Shown: positions 8,612-17,477 of the stretch, piece after piece
How positions within the stretch are numbered: position 1 is the first letter of the stretch
How the letters are laid out: each line of letters opens with the position of its first letter
From: Candidatus Nanosynbacter lyticus
GTDB lineage: Bacteria > Patescibacteriota > Saccharimonadia > Saccharimonadales > Saccharimonadaceae
Direction: 5' to 3'
DNA length: 32,000 bases
NCBI RefSeq assembly: GCF_000803625.1
Contig: NZ_CP007496.1
Span: 1 to 32,000, forward strand
Program-made: the position numbers and the translations under genes
The notes under the pieces: model-generated
What the model was told of the DNA's origin: nothing
Seen by the model: only the letters and a program-made list of their open reading frames with translations
The model's database searches: none

Positions 8612-10471
8612 TTATACTTCTCCGTAACCACCAATTGGTGTATCAGACGGCTTTACTTGTTGAGCTACGGGATTGGTGTTAATCAGGTTATACTCAGTGT
8701 CGCTAGCTTGAATTTGGATATGAACGTGATTTTGCCCAGCAAAGAATAAGCCTTGACCAACTGGGAAATTAGATAGTCGTTTTTGTTCTTCATCGGTCAA
8801 TTTAAATACCTGAGCGAGGACATCAACAGCGCTGGTGGATTGTTTTAATAGTAATTGCATTGATGAGTTGGAGACTATGGCGCGACCCATCTTACTACCA
8901 ACGAAATCTTCCACGTCCTGAGTGATAGTGGTTAATCCTAATTGATACTTACGGGCGCGCTTTGCTAGGGAGAATAAGAAATTGGCGGAATCATCATATT
9001 TCATCAATTGCCAGGCCTCGTCCACAATCAGCATGCGCTTTTTCTGGTCAGTGCGTGTAATATTCCAGATGTGGTTCAGGACAATATACATTGCGGTTGG
9101 CCGAAGTTCATCTTCAAGGTCGCGAATATTAAACACTACCATATTATTGTTGATGTCAATATTACTTTGCTGTGAGAAAATACCAGCAAATGTTCCAGAG
9201 GTAAATTTGCGTAGACGCTGTGCCAGGCTTGGTCCAGTGCCACCCATGTGAAGCAAGGTGTCATATAAGTCAGAAATAGTTGGAGGAGTGGAATTGTGAG
9301 TCAGTGGATCGGATGTAATACCGACACGCGCGTAGGTGTCAATGAGTGCTTGATCGATGTCTGCCTCTTCCGCTGGTGTTAATCCCGCTACAACTTGCCC
9401 GCTGGCTGTTGTTTGTGCCCCGCCTAGCATTTGTCGCAATAATCCATGCAGCGTTACTAGGTTTGCTCTTAAAGCGTCGTCCGCCTCCTCGGTATCGATG
9501 ACTCGCGGTAAGTCAAAAGGATTAATCCTTGTATCGCTATTTAGACTTAGTCGAATATAGCTACCGCCAACTGCGTCACAAAGTTTTTGATACTCATTTT
9601 CTGGGTCAATAATCACAATGTCTGACCCAACCATCATACTCCTTAGAGCCTCTAATTTAACAGTAAATGATTTACCGGCACCAGATTTAGCAAACACCAC
9701 CATATTGGCATTTTCCAGGCTAAACCTATCAAAAATCACCAGACCGTTATTGTGCATATTAATTCCATACAGGACGCCCTTATTATCTGTTAGGTCGGCT
9801 GAAGTGAATGGGAAGCTGGTAGAAATTGCGCCTGTATTCATATTGCGGCGAATTTGCAGCTCATCGGCTAACTGTGGGACTGTGCTATTGAGCCCCTGCT
9901 CTTGCTGGCTGGAGGCCACTTTGGAGAAGACTAATTGTTGTCCAAATATTGTTTCAATTTTGTGTTGCACAAAGTTCAATTCATCCATACTATCGGCATA
10001 AATTGTAATGTATAGTCCGTAGCGGAAGAACTTCTCTGCCCCAATCTGTAGCTGATCGCGTAATTCTTCGGCGTCTTGTAAGGCAGCTTCCAGTCCTGGA
10101 TCACGCACGCGTCCCTTTTCCGAATTGATATTCATGCTAGCTTCCAGCTGGGTAACTTTTTTGCGCAGATTATTCAACACAATTTGCGTATCAACCGGAT
10201 AAATAAACATACTAATATCCAGTACTTCATCGATATTAATGACTGAACTGAGCCAGCCGGTGTAGATTTGTCGTGGATAGCCATAGACATACATAGTACG
10301 ACCATATTTTGAACCTAGTCGGAAATGATCGGAATGAAGTTCAATGCTACTTGGTGCAATAAAATCACGCAGTGTACGGACACCGGTTAAAAAGGCTTGC
10401 TCAACTTCAGCTTGTTCGCGCGCTCGTTGTTGTGCGGCGATATCAACAGCGTCTAATTTCTTCTTTGCCAT
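8612..10471 (-). CDS. virB4: VirB4-family type IV secretion ATPase (PrgJ/ConE/TrsE-like)
   Basis: 619 aa. Walker A FAKSGAGKSF and Walker B MLIVDEAWQLM. Downstream motif LTTITQDVEDF. N-terminal segment GSKYGRTMYVYGYPRQIYTGWLSSV is typical of monoderm VirB4 proteins. Start overlaps the upstream stop as TAATG. Confidence 0.9.
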   Translation of the reverse strand: MAKKKLDAVDIAAQQRAREQAEVEQAFLTGVRTLRDFIAPSSIELHSDHFRLGSKYGRTMYVYGYPRQIYTGWLSSVINIDEVLDISMFIYPVDTQIVLNNLRKKVTQLEASMNINSEKGRVRDPGLEAALQDAEELRDQLQIGAEKFFRYGLYITIYADSMDELNFVQHKIETIFGQQLVFSKVASSQQEQGLNSTVPQLADELQIRRNMNTGAISTSFPFTSADLTDNKGVLYGINMHNNGLVIFDRFSLENANMVVFAKSGAGKSFTVKLEALRSMMVGSDIVIIDPENEYQKLCDAVGGSYIRLSLNSDTRINPFDLPRVIDTEEADDALRANLVTLHGLLRQMLGGAQTTASGQVVAGLTPAEEADIDQALIDTYARVGITSDPLTHNSTPPTISDLYDTLLHMGGTGPSLAQRLRKFTSGTFAGIFSQQSNIDINNNMVVFNIRDLEDELRPTAMYIVLNHIWNITRTDQKKRMLIVDEAWQLMKYDDSANFLFSLAKRARKYQLGLTTITQDVEDFVGSKMGRAIVSNSSMQLLLKQSTSAVDVLAQVFKLTDEEQKRLSNFPVGQGLFFAGQNHVHIQIQASDTEYNLINTNPVAQQVKPSDTPIGGYGEV

Positions 10472-11346
10472 TATAGTCTTTCTCCTGTTGGTGCTTGTCC
10501 TGTGCCTTTAGTGACGTAGGTAGTAGTTAGTTCACTCGGGTCGATTTCTGACAGTGATTCACGTGATGATGTGTCGGGATTATATGAAGTGTAGAATAAC
10601 TCACCCAACTGACGGGTGTTTAATTGCCAGCTTTTTACCCCAATTTGGAACAAGCCGCTCATTACTGAATCAATACGATTTTTTATCTCATCCTTTGCTT
10701 TTGTGTATGTAACTTGATCAATTTTTGTTACAGTCGCTTCTTTTTTTCCGCTAAAGAAACTACTGAATAGTCCTTTTGTTTGTTGCTTGAATGCATTAGT
10801 ATCACCATCAGGATAATACGGTACAACTACGTAAAAACTTTTATCCATAATATTTGCTTCTTGCGCTAAAACATCAATAAAGTCCATATAATCATCCATC
10901 AGAACATTGAGCAACATGTTATCTTGATTACGTCGGATATCAGCCAGTCTGTCTAGATAAGGCCCAATGTCTACCCGGCGTGAACGGACCAGAATTTGAA
11001 TTGGAAAATATAGAGAATTGATGAAATTTTGATAGCTGAACTCTATTCCCTCTCTTTCGCGTGAACTCATCAAATCAAAGTTAATTGACTCACATTCGAT
11101 TACTGCTCGGAAACTGCCGTCACTCATAATAATCATATTTTCACGCATTTCAGAAAACAGGAGAGTATTTTGAGTGCTGATTGGTCCACTCTGTTTTTTA
11201 TTTTCTGGTGACTTATCCGGGGTTGGTGTAGTAGCAGATCCTGCTATGGTTGTATTCACGGCGGATTGCTGAGGAATATTAGGAATAGCCGCATTGGTTT
11301 GCGGTAATTGCTGATTCAATTGCTGATTTTGTAACTCTGGTTGCAT
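10471..11346 (-). CDS. Hypothetical T4SS-associated protein, translationally coupled to VirB4 (Q/N/P-rich N-terminus plus globular domain)
   Basis: The ORF track starts at the GTG at 11355. The ATG at 11346 is preceded by the SD-like AGGTGGGG. No TM segment seen. Stop TAA overlaps the virB4 ATG by 1 nt. Confidence 0.6.
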   Translation of the reverse strand: MQPELQNQQLNQQLPQTNAAIPNIPQQSAVNTTIAGSATTPTPDKSPENKKQSGPISTQNTLLFSEMRENMIIMSDGSFRAVIECESINFDLMSSREREGIEFSYQNFINSLYFPIQILVRSRRVDIGPYLDRLADIRRNQDNMLLNVLMDDYMDFIDVLAQEANIMDKSFYVVVPYYPDGDTNAFKQQTKGLFSSFFSGKKEATVTKIDQVTYTKAKDEIKNRIDSVMSGLFQIGVKSWQLNTRQLGELFYTSYNPDTSSRESLSEIDPSELTTTYVTKGTGQAPTGERL

Positions 11347-11355
11347 AAACCCCAC

Positions 11356-12246
11356 CTAACGTAATGAAATCACCACTTCCTCTTCTGCTAATTTATTTTC
11401 TTGCTGAATTCGATTTGCCTCACGTGAAATCGTTTCAATTGAAAGGTCGCTGTGATTATTTGCCAAATCTATTATAGCAGGTGATACGTCGTTTAAGCTA
11501 GTTTGCGGCGTGGCAGTCGGTTGGCTATTAGTAGGTTTATTGTCTGACAGCGGATTGATGGTTGACTGGCGCATTGTTGGGTATGGATTTATCTGAAGGC
11601 GTAAGTCGGACGGTTTTTCTGAGTCGTTATTAGTCTGAGATGGTTGCTCAGATAGTTGACCTGTTTGCATTTTCTCTATTATCTGCTGTCGCCTACGGAC
11701 ATCTGACTGGCTAATTAGATGGTTAATGTTTTGTGCTGTAGTGCTATTTTCATCTAGAATATCATTGGCCGCTTGGCCTTCGTTAAATAAATCGGCGCGC
11801 ATTGAACTATTCGGGTTATTAACTCCACGGATTGACCAACCTTGGCTGTCTACCAGGTTTGCTAAGTATGACAATCGCCGCTGAACCTCGGTTTGATCGT
11901 ATTTATTGCCATATATCTTCTCCTCAGTTTTTGGTGCGACAACTTCTACTAACGTTTCAATACCGTCAGGCTGCCATAGGCGTTTTTTCGGTTTTAACAT
12001 AAAAGAAATAACTGCCGCAAGGTATACTTCCATCGGTTGATCTTTTTTAAGAGGTAAAGCTAAAGCCCCAAAAAACAAAACAACCGGCATTGGAATTAAA
12101 AATAAGGGTAGCAACAATTGGCTCAAAGCATACGCAATACCAATTCCAACAACTGCGGTAATTAAAAACACAAACTGCCGGAAACTAAATGGTCCAAGTA
12201 GCTTATCCTCCGCCTCAACATCCTGAGGAACTTTATATATAGACAT
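11356..12246 (-). CDS. PrgI/VirB3-like two-TM protein with long disordered Q/S/N/P-rich C-terminus
   Basis: N-terminus KVPQDVEAEDKLLGPFSFRQFVFLITAVVGIGIAYALSQLLLPLFLIPMPVVLFFGALALPL, a motif followed by a TM hairpin as in the PrgI/ConD/TcpE class. Located immediately upstream of the VirB4 module. Confidence 0.65.
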   Translation of the reverse strand: MSIYKVPQDVEAEDKLLGPFSFRQFVFLITAVVGIGIAYALSQLLLPLFLIPMPVVLFFGALALPLKKDQPMEVYLAAVISFMLKPKKRLWQPDGIETLVEVVAPKTEEKIYGNKYDQTEVQRRLSYLANLVDSQGWSIRGVNNPNSSMRADLFNEGQAANDILDENSTTAQNINHLISQSDVRRRQQIIEKMQTGQLSEQPSQTNNDSEKPSDLRLQINPYPTMRQSTINPLSDNKPTNSQPTATPQTSLNDVSPAIIDLANNHSDLSIETISREANRIQQENKLAEEEVVISLR

Positions 12247-12255
12247 ACTGCTTAT

Positions 12256-12264
12256 ATTATACCA
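12256..12264 (-). promoter_or_regulatory. Extended -10 element TGgTATAAT, 9 nt upstream of the PrgI-like ATG
   Basis: Minus-strand reading is tttTGGTATAATataagcagtATG. There is no SD between the box and the ATG at 12246. Confidence 0.4.
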
Positions 12265-12276
12265 AAAATACGATGA

Positions 12277-14787
12277 TTATAGCATGTTGCGAAGGTTTTT
12301 GAACTGATCTTTAGCCGCATCAATTACACTCGCTGACAATCTTTCGTCGCTGAGGATTGTATCAATAGTCTCCTTAATAGATGCGCGTTTTTCTTTGCTA
12401 ATTATAGAGGTATTATTAACAGCTTCTATTAATAGTTTAACCCCATCAGCATCAGTGTTAGCCAAAGCTTCCGGTTTATATTTACCACCCTGTAGCCATT
12501 CAGCACAATAATTGAGCAAATCTTGACGGTTATTAATAGTACCCTTAACCATATCGTCAATTAATTTACCACCCATAAAGGAAGCTTTGTTTTTCACGCC
12601 AGATGATGCTAATGCTGCCGCCACAGAAGAATAGAATTCTGGCGGTAATTCGCTAACAAGCTGAGCAACTTCTGTAACGGTCCCATATTTAATCTGCTCT
12701 TCAATTGCAGCTTCACGTACATATATGTTATTGCTATCCAATACCGTTCCATCTGAAAGTGTCACGGAATTGCCTAAAGATATCTTTTGTCTTTGCCCAG
12801 AGCTTAGCTTATAATGCTTCATAATCTGATGAGCTTCATCAACGGACTTGGAGAATTCGCTGCGGTTGGTTGATATGGCAGAGGCTAAGGCGGCATCCGC
12901 GCCAAGTAAATTACCTTTATCATCCACTAAGACATGTCCACCAGCCTTCCCTCGAAGTTCCTTGCTGTTTATCAATTGTTTTGCAAATTCACTGTGCTGC
13001 TGGCGTTGAGCGTTATTCTTAATTAGTCCAGACACTGCAATTTCGGTTTCTAGGTCTTTAATGTCTGATATAAATTGAGCTTGTTGCGCGTCTCGCCAAT
13101 TTGAGTATTTAGTTGACTTAGCTCGTAGAGCACGATCGTACTTTCCATACGTATCAGTTGGTGCGTGACCCAGCGTAGCTTCGGTGTATCGATTGTCATC
13201 TTGTGCGGATAACAGATCTGCACGCCTGGAAGCCTGTCTGGCGTCTAAGTCTGACTTCTTATATCTGGCTGTATTTCTGAATGAGTTTTCGGCATTTTTC
13301 TGTGAAGTTTCCAGATCTTTTTTGCGTAATCTACCACTATGATCTGCCCAACGGCGTAAACGATTTGGGTTGAATCGCGCCATATTGGGGTTAGCCAACT
13401 TCTTGTTTTTAGTGATCTCGCGACGATCTTTAGCCCAGTTTTTAGACTTGTCGTACCAACCTTTATTCTTATCATTAACAAACCCAGCGAACTTACCTAA
13501 TACTCCGCCGCTAAGTTTCAGAATTATAGGTGTTAAGGCTAATGGTATAACTTGAACTGCCATTCCTAAGATTTGCATTATTCCACCATTTGCTCCAGTG
13601 GCGTTTTGGATAATTATTATTCCAGCCAATTGTGCCCCACCGAATATTACAGCGAATGCCGGGAAAAATACTAACATCGTGAGGAATAAGTCTCGCCATT
13701 TCTTAAACCATTTTTCTGTGCCAGGAAGTAAATAGCAAACGAAGGCTAAAGGTGAGATGATAATTAGGATTACAATTAAAGCTTGACGTGCTGCCATAAT
13801 TAGAAGCACTAAGAGAAGCACTAGACCTATTCCTACTAATGCCGATAGTGCTAATGGTAGTAGTTCTGCTCCCATGGCTACTGTTGCGACCACTCCACCA
13901 GCTAAAGCTCCGTTGGACAGTATCATCACAATAACTTCTGACCATGTCCAACCTACGCCCGTATTTTCTCCTACGGTGGATATTGTGTTTTTAATCCCCA
14001 TGAAAGCGTCTTGGAAAGCGTAACCAGTTACGTTTGATAAATCTAATAAAATAGCACAAAACGTAAACGATAAATTGACTAACACCGCCGCAATCACTAA
14101 CCTAGGGAGCATTTTTTTGATACCGTAATTGCTAATTCCTACAGAGGTCAATTGTGAGTAGATAATCACCAAAAACGCCACAATAAACGCCACGTTGCTG
14201 ATGTTGCGCATAATGACCCACGCCAAATAAATTCCACTGTTTTGATTGGTCGTTTCTAATGGCTTAGTTTTTAAGAACTCCTGAAGCGCGCTGTACATAT
14301 AATCTATGCCATCAGCTAACCAATTGGAGAGTGGACAGATAATCCAACCTATTCCCTGTACGTCACAGGAAGTGCTGGTTGAATTTTCTGAGGGAGATTC
14401 AATTGAAATAGTTGAGGTGCTGGTTTGTTCGTAGGTGTTTGGTGGCGCAAATGAATAAACCGCGTAAGTTGCGGAACTTAGTGAAGATATTTCGCTTGAT
14501 GGGAAATAAATAACCTTGGCTTCTTTTTTATTCTTATCTTCATTAACATAAACAAGCGAATTATCAGGTAGGTTAAATTGTTTGATCTTTTTATCATCGC
14601 TTACCTTTGTATATTTTTCTTTATTATAGGTTAAATTACGACCACTCCATTCTGCGTCTACGGCGTAAACAGAAGTTGAATGTGCTAAGGTATTAAGAAA
14701 AATGCCCACCAGCATCCCTGCTATCAGCAACACGAACCACTGCAGCCACTTATTAAGAAGCTGCTTATGGGAAATCAACCACTCCAT
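12277..14787 (-). CDS. VirB6/TrbL-like polytopic channel protein, paralogue A (836 aa)
   Basis: N-terminal TM, an ectodomain of about 130 aa, the CDVQGIGWIICPL motif, then 6 or more TM helices (e.g. VGISNYGIKKMLPRLVIAAVLVNLSFTFCAILLDLSNV). Ends in a hydrophilic C-terminal region of about 380 aa. Clear paralogue of 14861..17449. Confidence 0.7.
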   Translation of the reverse strand: MEWLISHKQLLNKWLQWFVLLIAGMLVGIFLNTLAHSTSVYAVDAEWSGRNLTYNKEKYTKVSDDKKIKQFNLPDNSLVYVNEDKNKKEAKVIYFPSSEISSLSSATYAVYSFAPPNTYEQTSTSTISIESPSENSTSTSCDVQGIGWIICPLSNWLADGIDYMYSALQEFLKTKPLETTNQNSGIYLAWVIMRNISNVAFIVAFLVIIYSQLTSVGISNYGIKKMLPRLVIAAVLVNLSFTFCAILLDLSNVTGYAFQDAFMGIKNTISTVGENTGVGWTWSEVIVMILSNGALAGGVVATVAMGAELLPLALSALVGIGLVLLLVLLIMAARQALIVILIIISPLAFVCYLLPGTEKWFKKWRDLFLTMLVFFPAFAVIFGGAQLAGIIIIQNATGANGGIMQILGMAVQVIPLALTPIILKLSGGVLGKFAGFVNDKNKGWYDKSKNWAKDRREITKNKKLANPNMARFNPNRLRRWADHSGRLRKKDLETSQKNAENSFRNTARYKKSDLDARQASRRADLLSAQDDNRYTEATLGHAPTDTYGKYDRALRAKSTKYSNWRDAQQAQFISDIKDLETEIAVSGLIKNNAQRQQHSEFAKQLINSKELRGKAGGHVLVDDKGNLLGADAALASAISTNRSEFSKSVDEAHQIMKHYKLSSGQRQKISLGNSVTLSDGTVLDSNNIYVREAAIEEQIKYGTVTEVAQLVSELPPEFYSSVAAALASSGVKNKASFMGGKLIDDMVKGTINNRQDLLNYCAEWLQGGKYKPEALANTDADGVKLLIEAVNNTSIISKEKRASIKETIDTILSDERLSASVIDAAKDQFKNLRNML

Positions 14788-14795
14788 CTGAGGTT

Positions 14796-14824
14796 ATATT
14801 AGCATTTTTGATGGAAAAAGTCAA
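14796..14824 (-). promoter_or_regulatory. Sigma70-like promoter TTGACT-17-TGcTAATAT, 8 nt upstream of the VirB6-like A ATG
   Basis: Minus-strand reading is TTGACTttttccatcaaaaatgcTAATATaacctcagATG, in the 73-nt gap between the two VirB6-like genes. No SD. Confidence 0.5.
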
Positions 14825-14860
14825 GAGAAGAAGTTGTGTATGATTTTTTCTTGCTTAATG

Positions 14861-17449
14861 TCATCTGCCGTATTTATTAACCTCTTCGTCAGAGGGAATA
14901 ATTATCCCTCCAGAGCTACTGTTGCTCTGTTGGTTATTTTGTTGAGAATTAGAGGAGGATGTATTCTGTGGTGTATTCTCGGCAACCACTCCGTGAGCAC
15001 TTAACGCCTCATATATTGCTTGATTTATATTTTTTGCAGTATTTGGATTTGATACGGCAACTTCTCCTGCTTTTTTAAATGCAGCCGAAGCTTTTTCATT
15101 CTTACTATCGGCAATAGCTTTAGATAGCCATTTGGTTGCTGCGCCATTTTGTACTAAGTGCTCTGCTTGTAGATTTCCAGACTCGGTATTATTTACTGCC
15201 ATGTTAGATAGATTTTGCATACCATCAATCTTATCGTTGAGAATAGCATCTCCGAATCCGTTTCCTATGATATTATTATCTCCCTTTGCAAATGAACCTT
15301 TAATCGCTCGTTGTTTTATAGAAGTGTCTACACCTTTTAGGCTACTCAGCACCTTCATACGTTCTTCAAAACTACCATTAGCCATAATATGGTCAATAGC
15401 AGCTGCGCGCATAGCTTTTGAGGCAGTTGTGTTTGTGCCGTTGGCTATATTGGCTATATTACCTGATGTCATACCTTGCAACATTGTGGATGCGTTTTCA
15501 ACGTCGCTTTCGAACGCCTTAGCTACAGTTGCGCGGGCGCGTGCTCCACCTTTATCCCAACCCATAAATCGACCGAGTGGACTACTATCCCTCCACGTAG
15601 CAATTTTACCCGTTCGCCTGCTTGCGCGTTTTCTGTCCATGAAGTCTGAATATTTTCTTTTCGTATCACCAATAACAGAATTGTCAACACGTCCTTTTGC
15701 TGTGCCTTTTACGTTTCCAGCGAATCGACTATGCGCATTAGCACCCATTCTACCTATCTTTGCGCCAATGTTGCCCAGCGAATTTAATGAGCTCTGTAGT
15801 ACGAAAGGTGTAGCGCCCAATGGCAATATAGATGCTGCTAGTGCTGCGAACTGCATAGTTTCTTTCGGGTTGTTTGGATCGTCTGTGGCTGACGCTGCTA
15901 ATACAGCTCCCGCTAATTTTCCAGCTCCGTATAGAAGGGATATTACAGGAAATACTATTAATAACCCTCTAAACACTGATACCCATTTTTTGAACAGATT
16001 TTCGGTATTTGGGAGAAGCCATGCTGCAAATGCTAATGGAGATATCGCTATCAATAATATAATGGCAGATTGTCGAACAATTAATATAACCAGCACTACA
16101 AGTAGAGCTAACAGCAGGGCTAAAATAGTAGGTATACTTACAGCAAGGAATATAAACAGACCTACTCCAACTAAGGTTAATCCAGCGGCTATTAAATTAT
16201 AAAAAGATCCAGTTGCTGCTGATTGAGTATCTATTCCTGATGCAGCTCCTTCTAAAACTCCCTTAAGAGAAAAACCGAGTATATTAGATAAGTCTACAGC
16301 TAATTGACATAGGTAAAAAGATAAGTTTACAAGTAAAGCTCCTATTATTAACCTTGGCAGAATTCTCTTAATGCCGTAGTTGCTTATACCGACATTGCTT
16401 ATTTGGGAAAATATTACCCATAAAAATATCAAAGCAAATGTGGCGTTTGCAATGTCGCGAAAGAAATCCCAAGCTTGTTTTAATCCCCCGGATGTAGAAT
16501 CGTTTTTAAAAATTCCTGGGTCAATAGATAGAAACTGTGATATTGCGGAGTAGGAGGCGTCTCCCAAGCTACCAGCAAAACTCATCAATGGACAAACCAA
16601 CCATCCTACACCGTCTACGCCACAGGAATTTTTCTCTTCGTCACTTTCTTCTGGCTTATTAAGAGCATTTTCTGCCTCTTGAGCTTTAGCGTCCATCTCT
16701 TTTTTAATGTCATCCCAGGCTATAGTTGTCATATTTTGTATGACTTGACTCTTATCTATACCTGATCTTGAGCTAACACAGTCGGTGAAGTATTGATCCT
16801 TGGCGCTAGATCCAGTGTCTCCGTATTTACGAGAGGATACAGATTCTTCAGCCGCAGCTATACAAGTCCCTATTAATTTCTTTGCAAGCTTACTTTTTGC
16901 ATTTTGATCACAGCTTATGCTATCACCAATAGTTGCGCATCCAGCTTCGATTTTTTCGCTGTCCGGCAACTCCTTATACCAAGTACTATTTGTAATTGTT
17001 GGTTTTAGAGCTTCCTCTAGCTTGGGCATAGTTACTTGATTAGTGGCAGCATCTATTGAGGCCTTTTTTCTGGCATTTTTAACTTGTTCCTCTTTTGATA
17101 ATTCCACACACCTACCCTGTGAATAGGGTCCTTCCTTAGGTGTTGATCCCTGTACTTCTCGTGATTCAGCTTTATATCCACTATCACATTTAAGTCTGTC
17201 ATAGCTCACTCTATGGTTACTTTTACTACTATAACACCACCACCATCCATCATCTTTACTTTCTTCACCTTGAGGGGTTTTCTTGTAATTACCATATTCA
17301 GTATTACAGATAACGGCACCTCCTTTAATAGGTTTGGAGGTTGCGTCATCCGCATATGCAACTAAAATTGGCTGCAAAATTATAAAAGCTAGCGATGCAA
17401 ATAAAATAATCAGCAGTGGTTTTATAGGATTATAGTAAAAATACCGCAT
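14861..17449 (-). CDS. VirB6/TrbL-like polytopic channel protein, paralogue B (862 aa)
   Basis: N-terminal TM, then a Cys-rich ectodomain of about 270 aa. Motif CGVDGVGWLVCPL. Core VGISNYGIKRILPRLIIGALLVNLSFYLCQLAVDLSNI is nearly identical in pattern to paralogue A. Hydrophilic C-terminal region ends in an S/N/Q low-complexity tail. Confidence 0.7.
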   Translation of the reverse strand: MRYFYYNPIKPLLIILFASLAFIILQPILVAYADDATSKPIKGGAVICNTEYGNYKKTPQGEESKDDGWWWCYSSKSNHRVSYDRLKCDSGYKAESREVQGSTPKEGPYSQGRCVELSKEEQVKNARKKASIDAATNQVTMPKLEEALKPTITNSTWYKELPDSEKIEAGCATIGDSISCDQNAKSKLAKKLIGTCIAAAEESVSSRKYGDTGSSAKDQYFTDCVSSRSGIDKSQVIQNMTTIAWDDIKKEMDAKAQEAENALNKPEESDEEKNSCGVDGVGWLVCPLMSFAGSLGDASYSAISQFLSIDPGIFKNDSTSGGLKQAWDFFRDIANATFALIFLWVIFSQISNVGISNYGIKRILPRLIIGALLVNLSFYLCQLAVDLSNILGFSLKGVLEGAASGIDTQSAATGSFYNLIAAGLTLVGVGLFIFLAVSIPTILALLLALLVVLVILIVRQSAIILLIAISPLAFAAWLLPNTENLFKKWVSVFRGLLIVFPVISLLYGAGKLAGAVLAASATDDPNNPKETMQFAALAASILPLGATPFVLQSSLNSLGNIGAKIGRMGANAHSRFAGNVKGTAKGRVDNSVIGDTKRKYSDFMDRKRASRRTGKIATWRDSSPLGRFMGWDKGGARARATVAKAFESDVENASTMLQGMTSGNIANIANGTNTTASKAMRAAAIDHIMANGSFEERMKVLSSLKGVDTSIKQRAIKGSFAKGDNNIIGNGFGDAILNDKIDGMQNLSNMAVNNTESGNLQAEHLVQNGAATKWLSKAIADSKNEKASAAFKKAGEVAVSNPNTAKNINQAIYEALSAHGVVAENTPQNTSSSNSQQNNQQSNSSSGGIIIPSDEEVNKYGR

Positions 17450-17477
17450 ATGCTTGCATTATAGCATATGCGGTATT
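17440..17477 (-). terminator. Perfect 14-bp inverted repeat (hairpin, intrinsic-terminator-like) spanning the -10 box and the start codon of VirB6-like B
   Basis: Arm 17440-17453 is aataccgcatatgc and arm 17464-17477 is gcatatgcggtatt, with a 10-nt loop. On the minus strand the 3' arm contains ATG CGG TAT and runs into TATTTTTAC. The hairpin lies 22 nt after the lipoprotein stop codon. Confidence 0.5.

Noticed and set aside
15132-16202. 356-aa plus-strand ORF, long enough to look like a gene
   Set aside because: It lies entirely antisense to the well-supported VirB6-like B gene. Its A/P/L/S/R/I-rich composition mirrors the hydrophobic codons of the real frame. It has no promoter or SD context and no recognisable motif, so it is treated as a shadow ORF.
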